Assembly (NCBI GenBank): GCA_964016885.1
Contig: OZ024743.1
Coordinates: forward strand, 89,032,001 to 89,096,000
Source of the DNA: Eledone cirrhosa
Lineage: Eukaryota
Reading direction: 5' to 3'
Length of the DNA stretch: 64,000 bases
This document shows, one piece after another, positions 13,829-25,600 of this stretch. Both the position numbers and the translations under genes were made by a program. The notes under the pieces were generated by a model. It worked only from the letters and a program-made list of their open reading frames with translations, searched no databases and had not been told where the DNA came from. The stretch's first letter is position 1, and each line of letters begins with the position of its first letter.

Positions 13829-13975
13829 TAGTGCTGGATCTAGGTCAAAATGAGGCCCCTGTGCTAGTTAAATTTGGAGGCCCTTACTTGGGATCTGGTA
13901 GGAAGATGCCCCCCATCCTGGCCAATTGGGCCCTGTGCTTAAGCACACCTAAGCACAATAGTAAATACGGCCCTG
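13829..13975. mobile_element. hAT-type MITE
   Basis: Perfect 8-bp TSD CATCTATT at 13821-13828 and 13976-13983; imperfect TIR tagtgctggatcta / taaatacggccctg. Confidence 0.8.
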
Positions 13976-15360
13976 CATCTATTGTATTAAGGCTTACCTT
14001 ATATAGCGGCTCTCTTATAATAAGGTTATAGTCTCTTCCCACCATCATTACTGAGGGTCGAGGACCCTGGACAATAGTCCCCGATTCTAATCTATATGTG
14101 GCTTTATGTTAATAATTCACATCGAGGGGAAACGTGATGTTTGTTTGTAGGTCCCGAATCCTAATCCGACCATTACTCAGAAGCTGGCTATCGAGGTGCT
14201 CCTCACCCATCTTATATATTACACCTTGTCTATTGAGAGAACACTTATATATTTGCATATCGTGATAAACCTTGCTTTGATATACAGCTACTTATTGGTC
14301 CAATAGGACTTTCTTCTATTGGAGGAGTAACATTGCTAGATTATGTAACTTCCTATCGTAACAAAGCTTGTTCTATATAGCTACCTATTGTAATAAACCA
14401 TGTACTGTATAGTTTCTTATTGTATTTACATTTTGGACTGCTTTCCTACCTCTGTTAATACATCTTATTCTTTACACTACCTATTTAAATATGCCTTGTT
14501 CTATATAACTACCTATATAGTAATACATCTGTCCTCCTCCTCCAACACCAACCAATATATTTACAATACTATTACAACACATTATCAGAGATATATGCAT
14601 ACAATACTATAACATCATTAGAAGCATTAGCCCTTTTGATAACAACTTGCCCCAAACGGCTCTGGTTCTATGAAACAAAACCACCTATTTTAAAGGGTTC
14701 CTATTTAAATTAAAATCTTCTAACATAATTTTATACAAGAACCATCATCATCATCATCATCGTTTAATGTCTATCTTCCATGCTAGCATGGGTTTAGACG
14801 GGAATTGTCCCACGTGAGGCAAGATTGGTTGTCTTGCTCATATAGGACTGTCTGGCAGGTTTTCTACGGCTGGATGCCCTTCCTAACACCAACCACATTT
14901 ACAGTGTGGACATATGTTAAGATACTATTTTAGTAATGAAATAATATTCTCCTTCTATCGCTCTTTGGAAGAAATTGGCTATATTCAGACCAGGAGATGG
15001 ATGGGCTCCATTAAGTTTAAAATGCCCAAGACATGCCATACGTCACTGCAGTGCTCCTATGACTCCAACAGTTGAGGGTCAATGGATGGAATGAAATGAT
15101 GAATATTTGTTTTTGTAAATCCTTTAAAGTTCTTCATTAAACAATTAGAATAGCGTGTATTTCATTAAAAATATGGCCACAAAGGTTTTATGTGTCAATA
15201 TATATATATAATTGAATGTACCCATTTAAATGTGTTGTATTGAAGCAAATAATTATGTGTATACTCTGGGAGTTTATTTAATATTACCTATTTTGTACGC
15301 TGAGATGCAATCGGTACTAGCAGTGATACCTATGCTAGTTCCATCAACTTATTATATATA

Positions 15361-16575
15361 CTAGCTGGCCCGTTTGGCTGGCGCCTAGCTAGGTATACCG
15401 GCATTTTATCTTTTCAGGATTCCCCCCTCCACTCCAGTGCAAAGATACCGCATTCCCTCTCAAGTCAGCTAGGGTGGGGTGGGGGTGGGGGGTTAACGTG
15501 CTCTGATGTTGGGTTTGAATAGTTTTTAAGATTCCCCAGTTCAGCAGTCAGTACATTAAAGAAAATTGATAGTTACAACAATAAAGGCTGAACAGAGAAC
15601 ACATTTTTTAACAAACTTTACAATAATTTGTACAACCATGATGGAAATTCCAAGTAACAGAAAATACATAAATTACATTGTTAGAGCATCAAAGTATACA
15701 ATATTTTTTGTTCGGCCCTCAGGAGCAAAGATGAAGAGATTGTTTGGCGAGCTCACCCTAGAGCATCCTACATACAATTGACCATGGGAGAAGCATGGTT
15801 TACCCAGATGAAGGCCAGCCACTTTTAGAGTTTGACCCTGAGCTTTGTTGATGGTAATTGCGAAGCTTAGTCTCTCTGCTCTAGTAACATTTTTTCTTCT
15901 GGAAAATCTGATCTTGTGGCCAGGCTGGGACTTTTTGGGTGGCATATCGGCAGTAACAATGATGATAAGCCGTCTGAGCTTTCCCGAAATAAATACGTTT
16001 TTTTTTATATTTTGTTTTTGTGTATGCAAAAATATCTGTACACGAATATATAATTATATATATATTAAAATAACAGATTAAAGTTTAAGCAAAGAATCGT
16101 TGCTTTCACCCTTAACGGGATCTTCTGAAACTAAAAAAAATCAATCTGTGAATGCAGAAGTAAATATTTCGAAAAACATTGCAACCGAAGGAAAACAGGA
16201 AGACGATACTTTGGTTCGTGAAGACAGATAGATATTATAAGTGTGTGACGTTATAGCTATGTATCTAATGCAGACAGCCAGACATACAGAGACATATTAT
16301 AAGGGCGCGACGTTAAAGCTATGTATCTATCTAAAAAGACAAAGAAAGAGAGGGGAATGTCGTATAACCGGAAGTGTTGACATTTGAAAATTTTAGAGAA
16401 GTGAATATTTAAATAAACGATAAAATATCTTTAATCTTTTAACGAAATTTAGAAGACAAAAATACTTTCTTACTTGGAAAAAGTTACATCTATGGTGCAA
16501 ATTTGGTGCTTTTTGGTCCAGCCATTTGGCGAAAAGTTTGTTACATACATACGGCCGTCAGCTTTATAATATAGA
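15361..16575 (-). mobile_element. Non-autonomous Helitron with PIF1 helicase C-terminal remnant
   Basis: Minus-strand 5' TC (tctatattataaagc) at 16575, 3' CTAG at 15361, inserted between A and T; encodes RLSFAITINKAQGQTLKVAGLHLGKPCFSHGQLYVGCSRV (PIF1/RepHel motifs V-VI). Confidence 0.9.
15673..15945 (-). pseudogene. Internally deleted Helitron RepHel ORF (90 aa: basic N-terminus fused to PIF1 C-terminus)
   Basis: MPPKKSQPGHKIRFSRRKNVTRAE joined in frame to RLSFAITINKAQGQ...TKNIVYFDALTM*. Confidence 0.75.
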
Positions 16576-16606
16576 TATATATTGACACATAAAACTTTTG
16601 TCACCA

Positions 16607-16663
<57 letters not shown>

Positions 16664-17234
16664 ATACTTGGGAGGGTCATATTGTTGTAATATTGCCAGA
16701 AATGATAACAGAGCACACTCAGTTTTGGGTTGGTTTTCGCTTCTGTATCTTTTATATCTCCATAGTTAATTTATTTGGCAATCAATGTTTATCATTGATT
16801 GACCAGTGGTTAAAAATACAGATATAAATATATATATATATAGTCTATCAATTAGAATTTAGCTTCGAACACAGCTGTATACAAATATGTATTTGAATTT
16901 CTAAAGAAATACAGTATGTTTATAATTAAACATTTAGAAAGCCATATGACACTGGCAGCTATACTTGGGATAGTAGAGTGGGTCCTGAATTTGACATATA
17001 TATATAGGTTATTATGTGAATAACTTGTAGTTACTAGTGGCGATGCTGGTCAAAGAACTCGATGCTGTTACTGTGTCCATCTCTTGTTAGGTTGTGCTCC
17101 AGGTTTAAGCTGTAGTTACTAGTGGCAATATAGAAACAATTGTAATATGGAATAAAGTTTACAAAAAGCTGCAATTCTTATTGTCACTTTATATATATGT
17201 ATGATATATATATATCTGATTAATTTCTTTGTAG

Positions 17235-17399
17235 ATAATATTGAAAAAGGCGTCTATGATGACAGAGATTTGGAAAAAATTAAGACCAATGATGCTCTTT
17301 TGGAACTCTATTGTAGGCATCAGCCCAAAGCCAAAATTGAAGAGGTTGCCTCCTTAATTAACGAGTCATTAAAATGGAGGATGGATTACCAAATAAATG
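17235..17399 (+). CDS. MOSPD2: MOSPD2-like internal exon A (N-terminal part preceding/starting the CRAL-TRIO domain)
   Basis: Acceptor tttctttgtag|; reads (D)NIEKGVYDDRDLEKIKTNDALLELYCRHQPKAKIEEVASLINESLKWRMDYQIN, matching the MOSPD2 pattern YD.RD.E......D...ES..WR; ends in phase 1 at aatg|GCAAGT. Confidence 0.88.
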
Positions 17400-18639
17400 G
17401 CAAGTATCATTACATCATCATCATCATTTAATATCTGCTTTCTTTGCTAGCAAGGGTTGGATGAGTCATAACAGCCCAAGTCATTACTCAGTTAGTCACT
17501 GATCTTACACTCAACAGACTGCACCATGTATTTCATGATGGCACCAGAGAGATTGTTGTACCTGTGGCACTATTAACAAGTCCTCTTTACTCTTCATTTG
17601 GCAAGTTTTCTACATTTGGATACACTTCCTATCACCAACCACTTTACAGAGTGTACTGGGTGCAATTTACTATGTCATCATCTCTAGAGAGGTTGTTGTA
17701 CCCTTGGCACTACTAAGGAGTCCTTTCTACCTTTTGTTTGGCAAGTTCTCTACAGCTGGATACTCTTCCTATCACCAACCACTTTACAGAGTGTATTGGA
17801 AATGATTTATTGACAACAACACTAGGGAGAGTGTTGTACCCTTGGCACAAATGAAGTGTCTTCTTGGCAAGGTTTCTACTGCTGGATGCCTTTCCTATCA
17901 CCAACAACTTAACATATTTCATGCTATAAGCACTAGAGAGGTGATTGTGCCATGACTGAAGGATTCTCTCAACCCCTTTTGGCATGGTTTCTAATGCTGG
18001 AAGCCCTTCCTATCACAGATTTTACTTTAGCATCAGCACTATAGAAGTTGTTAGTTGTTGTAATTAAATATATTGATTTATAAGGAAAGGTGTTCAGGTA
18101 TGGCCATGTGGCTTTATAGCCGCCTGGTTTGGGGATTGGGGTGTCAATCCCATACTTGACACCTTTGGGATAAGATCTTCTACCACTGTCTTGTGAGTAG
18201 AATTTAGTTGATGGAAACTGCAGAAGCTTGTCACGTGTGTGTGTGTGTTTTACATATGTGTATTGTTAAGAATCAAGGAAACTGAAAACATTGGTTATTT
18301 TGAACAAAAATGCTCAGCATGGTATTTGTTCTATCTAAATTATATTAGTACTCTGTTGTCACTCTCACCATCTGAAATATAGTGAACCATTGATTCACTC
18401 ATTAGAAACCTATAATCAATAATGCTATTGTTTATCAAATTAAAATATTGTATTGATCTTAGAACCTTGTCTATTCAGCCTTAACTCTTAACATCTTGTA
18501 ATAATTTAGCAGAAAACATTTTCAAAAGGGTTTGTTTATAACATCTTTACTATTGAACAAATCATTGGGAAAATTTGCAGCTGTTAGAGTGAAGTAAAAC
18601 TTTAATACTTAATGTGGTACAGGGTCTTAAGACTTCTTT

Positions 18640-18864
18640 TATTTTATTTTTCTCCTTTTTCTTTTCTTCTTTTTCTTTTTCTTTTTTTTCTTCTTTTTCT
18701 TTTCTTTTTCTTCTTCTTCCTTTTCTTCTTCCCTTTCTTCTTCTTCATTTTCTCCTTTTTCTTTTTTCCTTTTTCTTTTTTCTTTTTTCTTTTTTCTTTT
18801 TTCTTTTTTCTTTTTTCTTTTTTTTTCTTTTTTCTTCTTTTTTCTTCTTTTTTCTTCTTCTTCT
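18640..18864. repeat. Polypyrimidine (CTT/CTTTT) tract
   Basis: ~220 bp of almost exclusively C/T. Confidence 0.9.
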
Positions 18865-19920
18865 GGGGGCAGTGTCCTCAAACACTCCCCCCAGAGGATC
18901 CTGTCAGAAGCAACCATCTCCAATTGATCCAGCTGGATCCACAAGAGAGACCAACCAAGCTCATGGATGTTATCCAACCATCTTGTTTGGTGTCGACACC
19001 TGTCAGTTGGTTTTGCCCGTAAAATCTGTCCAACGATTCTGTCCTCAGACATTCTAACCACAAGCCCTTAGTATCGGAGCTTTGATCTCTCAATTCAGAG
19101 AAAAGATGAAATTCCTAGTGAGATTTGAACATACATTACTCTGATTTCTGTATTTATAAACCAAGTCTTAATCAGATTAATATGTGTGACTTTTCCTCCT
19201 ATTAACCTCATCTGTTCTGTTTCAAGCTCCATTATATTTGATCTGAATTGATAGAGCATCACATAGAATATTTTGTAATATTTATTCTGGCTGGTGTATT
19301 GGTAGAATTGGTAGAGCATCGGATAACATGCCATTTTGATATATATTCTGGCTTTTGACATTTTGATTTCAAATCTGTCGAAGTCAAGTTTGATTTTCAT
19401 CCTTCCAGTCTCTATAAAATAAGATACCAGTCAAGTACTCGGGTTGATTTAATCAACTTTGCCATTCTTCCAGTTTTGCTGGCCTTGGGCCTACATTAGA
19501 AATCAGTATTTGTTCCAGCTCTTTGCACTCTTTGTTTCAGCTTCACAGGAAATATTGGTTCAAACCAGTTGTTTTAATGAATTAAGTTGCTTTCATCACA
19601 AAATCCTTTTTGAGGCAATGTTTTATAGCTGGATGCCCTTCCTAGTGTCAACTCATTTAGTCACTTATGACATGCAGAGATATAGTGTACCTATTCTAAA
19701 TTGGATACACCCAGTTAAAAATTATGGGATCAAGAATCACATGGCTAAAGATGATGGGGAGGGGGATGCAGATGATAGGACAAAATGGAGAAGCTTGTCA
19801 TAGTGCCTGCAAGTTTAACCCTTGCTTTAGCAGGAAAAATGACCTTAAAATGAAATTAGAATTTAATTTTTCCCTCTAACATAACGGATAAGTAAATGTA
19901 TTTGTGAGTTTTATATTGAA

Positions 19921-20542
19921 CTAGCAGAATTGCCCGGCGTTGCTCGGGATTTGCTCTAGGGTTCTTATATATTTGATATATATTTATCCTTATCGAGCCT
20001 TGTGAAATAAATACGTTTGCTTATATTTTGTAATTGTGTATGCAAAACTATCTGTACACGAATATATAATTATATATATATATATTAAAATAACAGATTA
20101 AAGTTTAAGCAAAGAATCGCTGCTTTCACCCTTAACGGGATCTTCTGAAACTAAAAAAATCAATCTGTGAACGCAGAAGTAAATATTTCGAAAAACGTTA
20201 CACACTATATATATATATATATACACACACTATATACACACATATACACACACACAGATGGCGTCATAATGTCATAATGCAGACAACCAGACATACAGAC
20301 AGATACTATAAGGGCGCGACGTCGTAGCTATGTATCTATCTAAAAAGAAAGACTAAGAATTATAGAGAGAGATCGCTAAATCGCCGAATGCAGTCCATAG
20401 GGCATTGAAAATTTAAAATTTCTTTTGCTCAAAACATTCACACGACCATAAGTATTACATGTGTAAAGTTTGAAAACAATCGGTTGGGTGGTTCTCTAGT
20501 TTTAGGGAGTCAGACAGACATTCTCTATTTTAGATATATAGA
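19921..20542 (-). mobile_element. Non-autonomous Helitron
   Basis: Minus 5' tctatatatctaaaatagag; 3' hairpin cccg-agcaacgc-cggg followed by CTAG at 19921; internal block shared with 15988-16340. Confidence 0.85.
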
Positions 20543-20545
20543 TAA

Positions 20546-21182
20546 CTAGCAGTGGTATCCGGCGTTGCACGGGATAAGGTATTTTGGAACGCGGGCCGCC
20601 AACAGACGTAATCGTGGAAAAACTGCATGCCTGGACAATATGTAAAGAAAATAAACCGAATACTCTGATGGCTGGATAATCTTTAATATTTTCCTCGATG
20701 AAGCAGGAAAAGTGCAGGTTTTCACCTAGGGGATCAAGAAAATGAATTTTTTTATCTGCATAATATACCTTGAAATTTCGGGAAAATCGGCTAGACATAA
20801 CGCCTCAAAAGAGCCCTAAAAAGCTGAAAAAATGAAGTTTTTCACCTAATGCAGGCCCTAGGCCATAAAAAAGTTGGATTTTCTTTGCTCACGGTATGAA
20901 GAAAAGACTGACTAATACATAGTTACAATTTCAAGGAAATTGGTCTGACGTAACGCCTAAAAAAAAACCTAAAAAGCTGAAAAAAACGCAGTTTTTCGTC
21001 TAATGCGGGCCCTAGGGGATGAAAAAGTTGAATTTTTGTATGTGCATACCACTTCCTGAAACATAAGTAATACACATGTAAAGTTTGAAAAAATCGGTTG
21101 GGTACTTCTCGAGTTTTAAGGATTCAAACTGACAGACTCACACACACACACAGACAGACATCCTCAGTTTTATATATATAGA
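20546..21182 (-). mobile_element. Non-autonomous Helitron, head-to-tail with the previous one
   Basis: Minus 5' tctatatatatataaaactgagg; 3' ccg-tgcaacgc-cgg hairpin then ...ctgCTAG at 20546. Confidence 0.85.
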
Positions 21183-21606
21183 TAATTGTTTCTACTTTAG
21201 GCACAAGGCCAGCAATTACCCAGTGCATTACTGGTACTTTATTTTATTGACCCCGTAAGGATGAAAGGCAAAGTCAACCTCGGTGGGATTTGAACTCAGA
21301 TCGTAAAGGGACGTAACTATGCTGGAAAGCATGGCATCCGACCCTCTACCGATACTGCCAATCCACCGCCTTTATATATATAGATAATGATTTCTACTAT
21401 AGGCACAAAGCCAGCAATCTTTTGGGAAAGGGAAAGTCGATTAAATTGATCCCAGTGCATTACTGGTACTTTATTTTATCGACCTCATAAGGATGGAATG
21501 CAAAACTAACCTCGTCGGGATTTGAACTCAGAACGCTATGGGCCATAACTGTATTCCGCTAAGCATGTTGTCTGATGCTCTACTGATTCTGCCAATCCAC
21601 CAGCCT
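21183..21606 (-). mobile_element. Two tandem copies of the same tRNA-derived SINE
   Basis: Copies at 21183-21371 and 21384-21606 with A/B boxes; abut the Helitron 5' end. Confidence 0.82.
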
Positions 21607-21857
21607 TTTATATCGAATAATAATGATATTCAATTCAGAAATGCACAATCTTGACAAAGGGCAATAACCCAGAAACAATAATATTGTCAGCTGTTTCTCT
21701 CTCTCACTACTAAAACAAAAGGATGGTCATCTAAAACATATCATAATGGGGCTGTTTGCTTGCAAACGAATAAAATATTATTATTATTCAATATAAAACT
21801 CTCGAATGACCTTAAAATGTTCTTTGTTGTTAATTTCCTCTCGTTTTATATTTCCAG

Positions 21858-21944
21858 ATTTATCGGATGATAGTTTTGAAGATAAAATGTGGGAAGATGG
21901 TGCAATATTTTTCCACAACACAGACAAAGATGGACATAAAGTTT
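21858..21944 (+). CDS. MOSPD2: MOSPD2-like internal exon B (87 bp)
   Basis: tatatttccag| acceptor and |gtgagt donor, phase 1 to 1; reads (D)LSDDSFEDKMWEDGAIFFHNTDKDGHKV, with the CRAL-TRIO G.....G.DK.G motif. Confidence 0.92.
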
Positions 21945-22655
21945 GTGAGTAGACACATAATTTAACAACTGCTCCTGCAGTTATCTGACACTTTTAGGGT
22001 TTTTTATTAATCAATCAGAGAGGGAAAGGCAGTGCCAAGACCTTTTTCATGGCCTCTGAGACTGTTGAGAAGGAGGTATCTTCAAACCAGAGAATTGGCT
22101 TGAATGCTTAACCCTTTACACCGGCCATATCTAGCCAGAATTCTCTCACCTCTATCTGTTCAAATTGGCTGTAACCAGCCACTCATAAATATCAAAATCT
22201 CATAGAATAGATATTATGTGAGATAATTATGTGAGGTAAAACCTTTACTGTGAAAATATAATAGTATATATAGAGTAATATTCCCTGGGGTTAGCTGGTG
22301 GTATTAAACGAAACAGTTCCATTGTTGTAGGATTTCTGTTGTCGCTGTACAATATCATACCTCTAATATATCTGGGCTATGTCAGGACTATATTTGAACC
22401 TTTAGCATTTAAACCAGCTGTATCCCTTCAGAATTGTCTCACCTCTTTCTATTCAAACCAGCCATAACTGACCACTCATACCGATTTTAAGGTATTGTTC
22501 TCAAAATAAATAATATTAAAATCTTATGGATTCTATATTATGTGAGGTAAAGCCTTTACCATGAAAATATTATTGTATATATAGAGCATATGTAAATGGT
22601 AATGGGTTATATATTTATTTATGGATTCATATAATGAATTTAAGCTTCTTTGTTA

Positions 22656-25600
22656 AATAGTAAGTCTTGATAGATATAGAAAGGTATCTAATAACCAATA
22701 GTAAGTCTTGAAAGATATAGAAAGGTATCTAATAACCAATAGTAAGTCTTGACAGACCTACATTGGTATCTAATAACCAATAGTAAGTCTTGACAGACCT
22801 ACATTGGTATCTAATAACCAATAGTAAGTCATGATAGATATAGAAAGGTATCTAATAACCAATAGTAAGTCTTGACAGACCTACAATGGTATCTAATAAC
22901 CAGTAGTAAGTCTTGATAGATATAGAAAGGTATCTAATAATCAATAGTAAGTCTTGATAGACCTACAATGGTATCTAATAACCAATAGTAAGTCATGATA
23001 GACCTACAATGGTATCTAATAATCAATAGTAAGTCTTGATAGATATAGAAAGGTATCTAATAACCAATTGTAAGTCTTGATAGATATAGAAAGGTATCAA
23101 ATAATCAATAGTAAGTCTTGATAGATATAGAAAGGTATCAAATAATCAATAGTTAATCTTGATAGATATAGAAAGGTATCTAATAACCAATAGTAAGCCA
23201 TGATAGATATAGAAAGGTATCTAATAATCAATAGTAAGTCTGGACAGACCTACATTGGTATCTAATAACCAATAGTAAGTCTTGACAGACCTACAATGGT
23301 ATCTAATAACCAATAGTAAATCTTGATAGATATAGAAAGGTATCTAATAACCAATAGTAAGTCTTGATAGATATAGAAAGGTATCTAATAACCAATAGTA
23401 AGTCATGATAGATATAGAAAGGTATCTAATAACCAATAGTAAGTCTTGATAGATATAGAAAGGTATCTAATAACCAATAGTAAGTCTTGATAGATATAGA
23501 AAGGTATCTAATAATCAATAATAAGTCTAGATAGATATAGAAAGGTATCTAATAACCAATAGTAAGTCTTGACAGACCTACAATGGTATCTAATAACCAA
23601 TAGTAAGTCTTGATAGATATAGAAAGGTATCTAATAACCAATAGTAAGTCTTGACAGACCTACAATGGTATCTAATAACCAATAGTAAGTCTTGACAGAC
23701 CTACAATGGTATCTAATAACCAATAGTAAGTCTTGATAGATACAGAAAGGTATCTAATAACCAATAGTAAGTCTTGATAGATATAGAAAGGTATCTAATA
23801 ACCAATAGTAAGTCTTGAAAGATATAGAAAGGTATCTAATAATCAATAGTAAGTCTTGATAGATATAGAAAGGTATCTAATAACCAATAGTAAGTCATGA
23901 TAGACCTACAATGGTATCAAATAATCAATAGTAAGTCATGATAGACCTACAATGGTATCTAATAATCAATAGTAAGTTTTGATAGATATAGAAAGGTATC
24001 TAATAATCAATAGTAAGTCATGATAGACCTACAATGGTATCTAATAACCAATAGTAAGTCTTGATAGACCTACAATGGTATCTAATAACCAATAGTAAGT
24101 CTTGACAGACCTACATTGGTATCTAATAACCAATAGTAAGTCTTGACAGACCTACAATGGTATCTAATAACCAATAGTAAGTCTTGACAGACCTACATTG
24201 GTATCTAATAACCAATAGTAAGTCTTGACAGACCTACAATGGTATCTAATAACCAATAGTAAGTCTTGACAGACCTACATTGGTATCTAATAACCAATAG
24301 TAAGTCTTGATAGATATAGAAAGGTATCTAATAACCAATAGTAAGTCATGATAGATATAGAAAGGTATCTAATAACCAATAGTAAGTCTTGACAGACCTA
24401 CATTGGTATCTAATAACCAATAGTAAGTCTTGACAGACCTACATTGGTATCTAATAACCAATAGTAAGTCATGATAGATATAGAAAGGTATCTAATAACC
24501 AATAGTAAGTCTTGACAGATCTACAATGGTATCTAATAACCAATAGTAAGTCTTGATAGATATAGAAAGGTATCTAATAACCAATAGTAAGTCATGATAG
24601 ATATAGAAAGGTATCTAATAATCAATAGTAAGTCATGATAGACCTACAATGGTATCTAATAATCAATAATAAGTCTAGATAGATATAGAAAGGTATCTAA
24701 TAACCAATAGTAAGTCTTGACAGACCTACAATGGTATCTAATAACCAATAGTAAGTCTTGATAGATATAGAAAGGTATCTAATAACCAATAGTAAGTCTT
24801 GACAGACCTACAATGGTATCTAATAACCAATAGTAAGTCTTGACAGACCTACAATGGTATCTAATAACCAATAGTAAGTCTTGATAGATACAGAAAGGTA
24901 TCTAATAACCAATAGTAAGTCTTGATAGATATAGAAAGGTATCTAATAACCAATAGTAAGTCTTGAAAGATATAGAAAGGTATCTAATAATCAATAGTAA
25001 GTCTTGATAGATATAGAAAGGTATCTAATAACCAATAGTAAGTCATGATAGACCTACAATGGTATCAAATAATCAATAGTAAGTCATGATAGACCTACAA
25101 TGGTATCTAATAATCAATAGTAAGTTTTGATAGATATAGAAAGGTATCTAATAATCAATAGTAAGTCATGATAGACCTACAATGGTATCTAATAACCAAT
25201 AGTAAGTCTTGATAGACCTACAATGGTATCTAATAACCAATAGTAAGTCTTGACAGACCTACATTGGTATCTAATAACCAATAGTAAGTCTTGACAGACC
25301 TACATTGGTATCTAATAACCAATAGTAAGTCTTGACAGACCTACAATGGTATCTAATAACCAATAGTAAGTCTTGACAGACCTACATTGGTATCTAATAA
25401 CCAATAGTAAGTCTTGATAGATATAGAAAGGTATCTAATAACCAATAGTAAGTCATGATAGATATAGAAAGGTATCTAATAACCAATAGTAAGTCTTGAC
25501 AGACCTACATTGGTATCTAATAACCAATAGTAAGTCTTGACAGACCTACATTGGTATCTAATAACCAATAGTAAGTCATGATAGATATAGAAAGGTATCT

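Noticed and set aside
15471-15492. G-quadruplex-capable gggtggggtgggggtgggggg
   Set aside because: Lies inside a Helitron, similar G-runs are common in the window's repeats, and there is no evidence of function.
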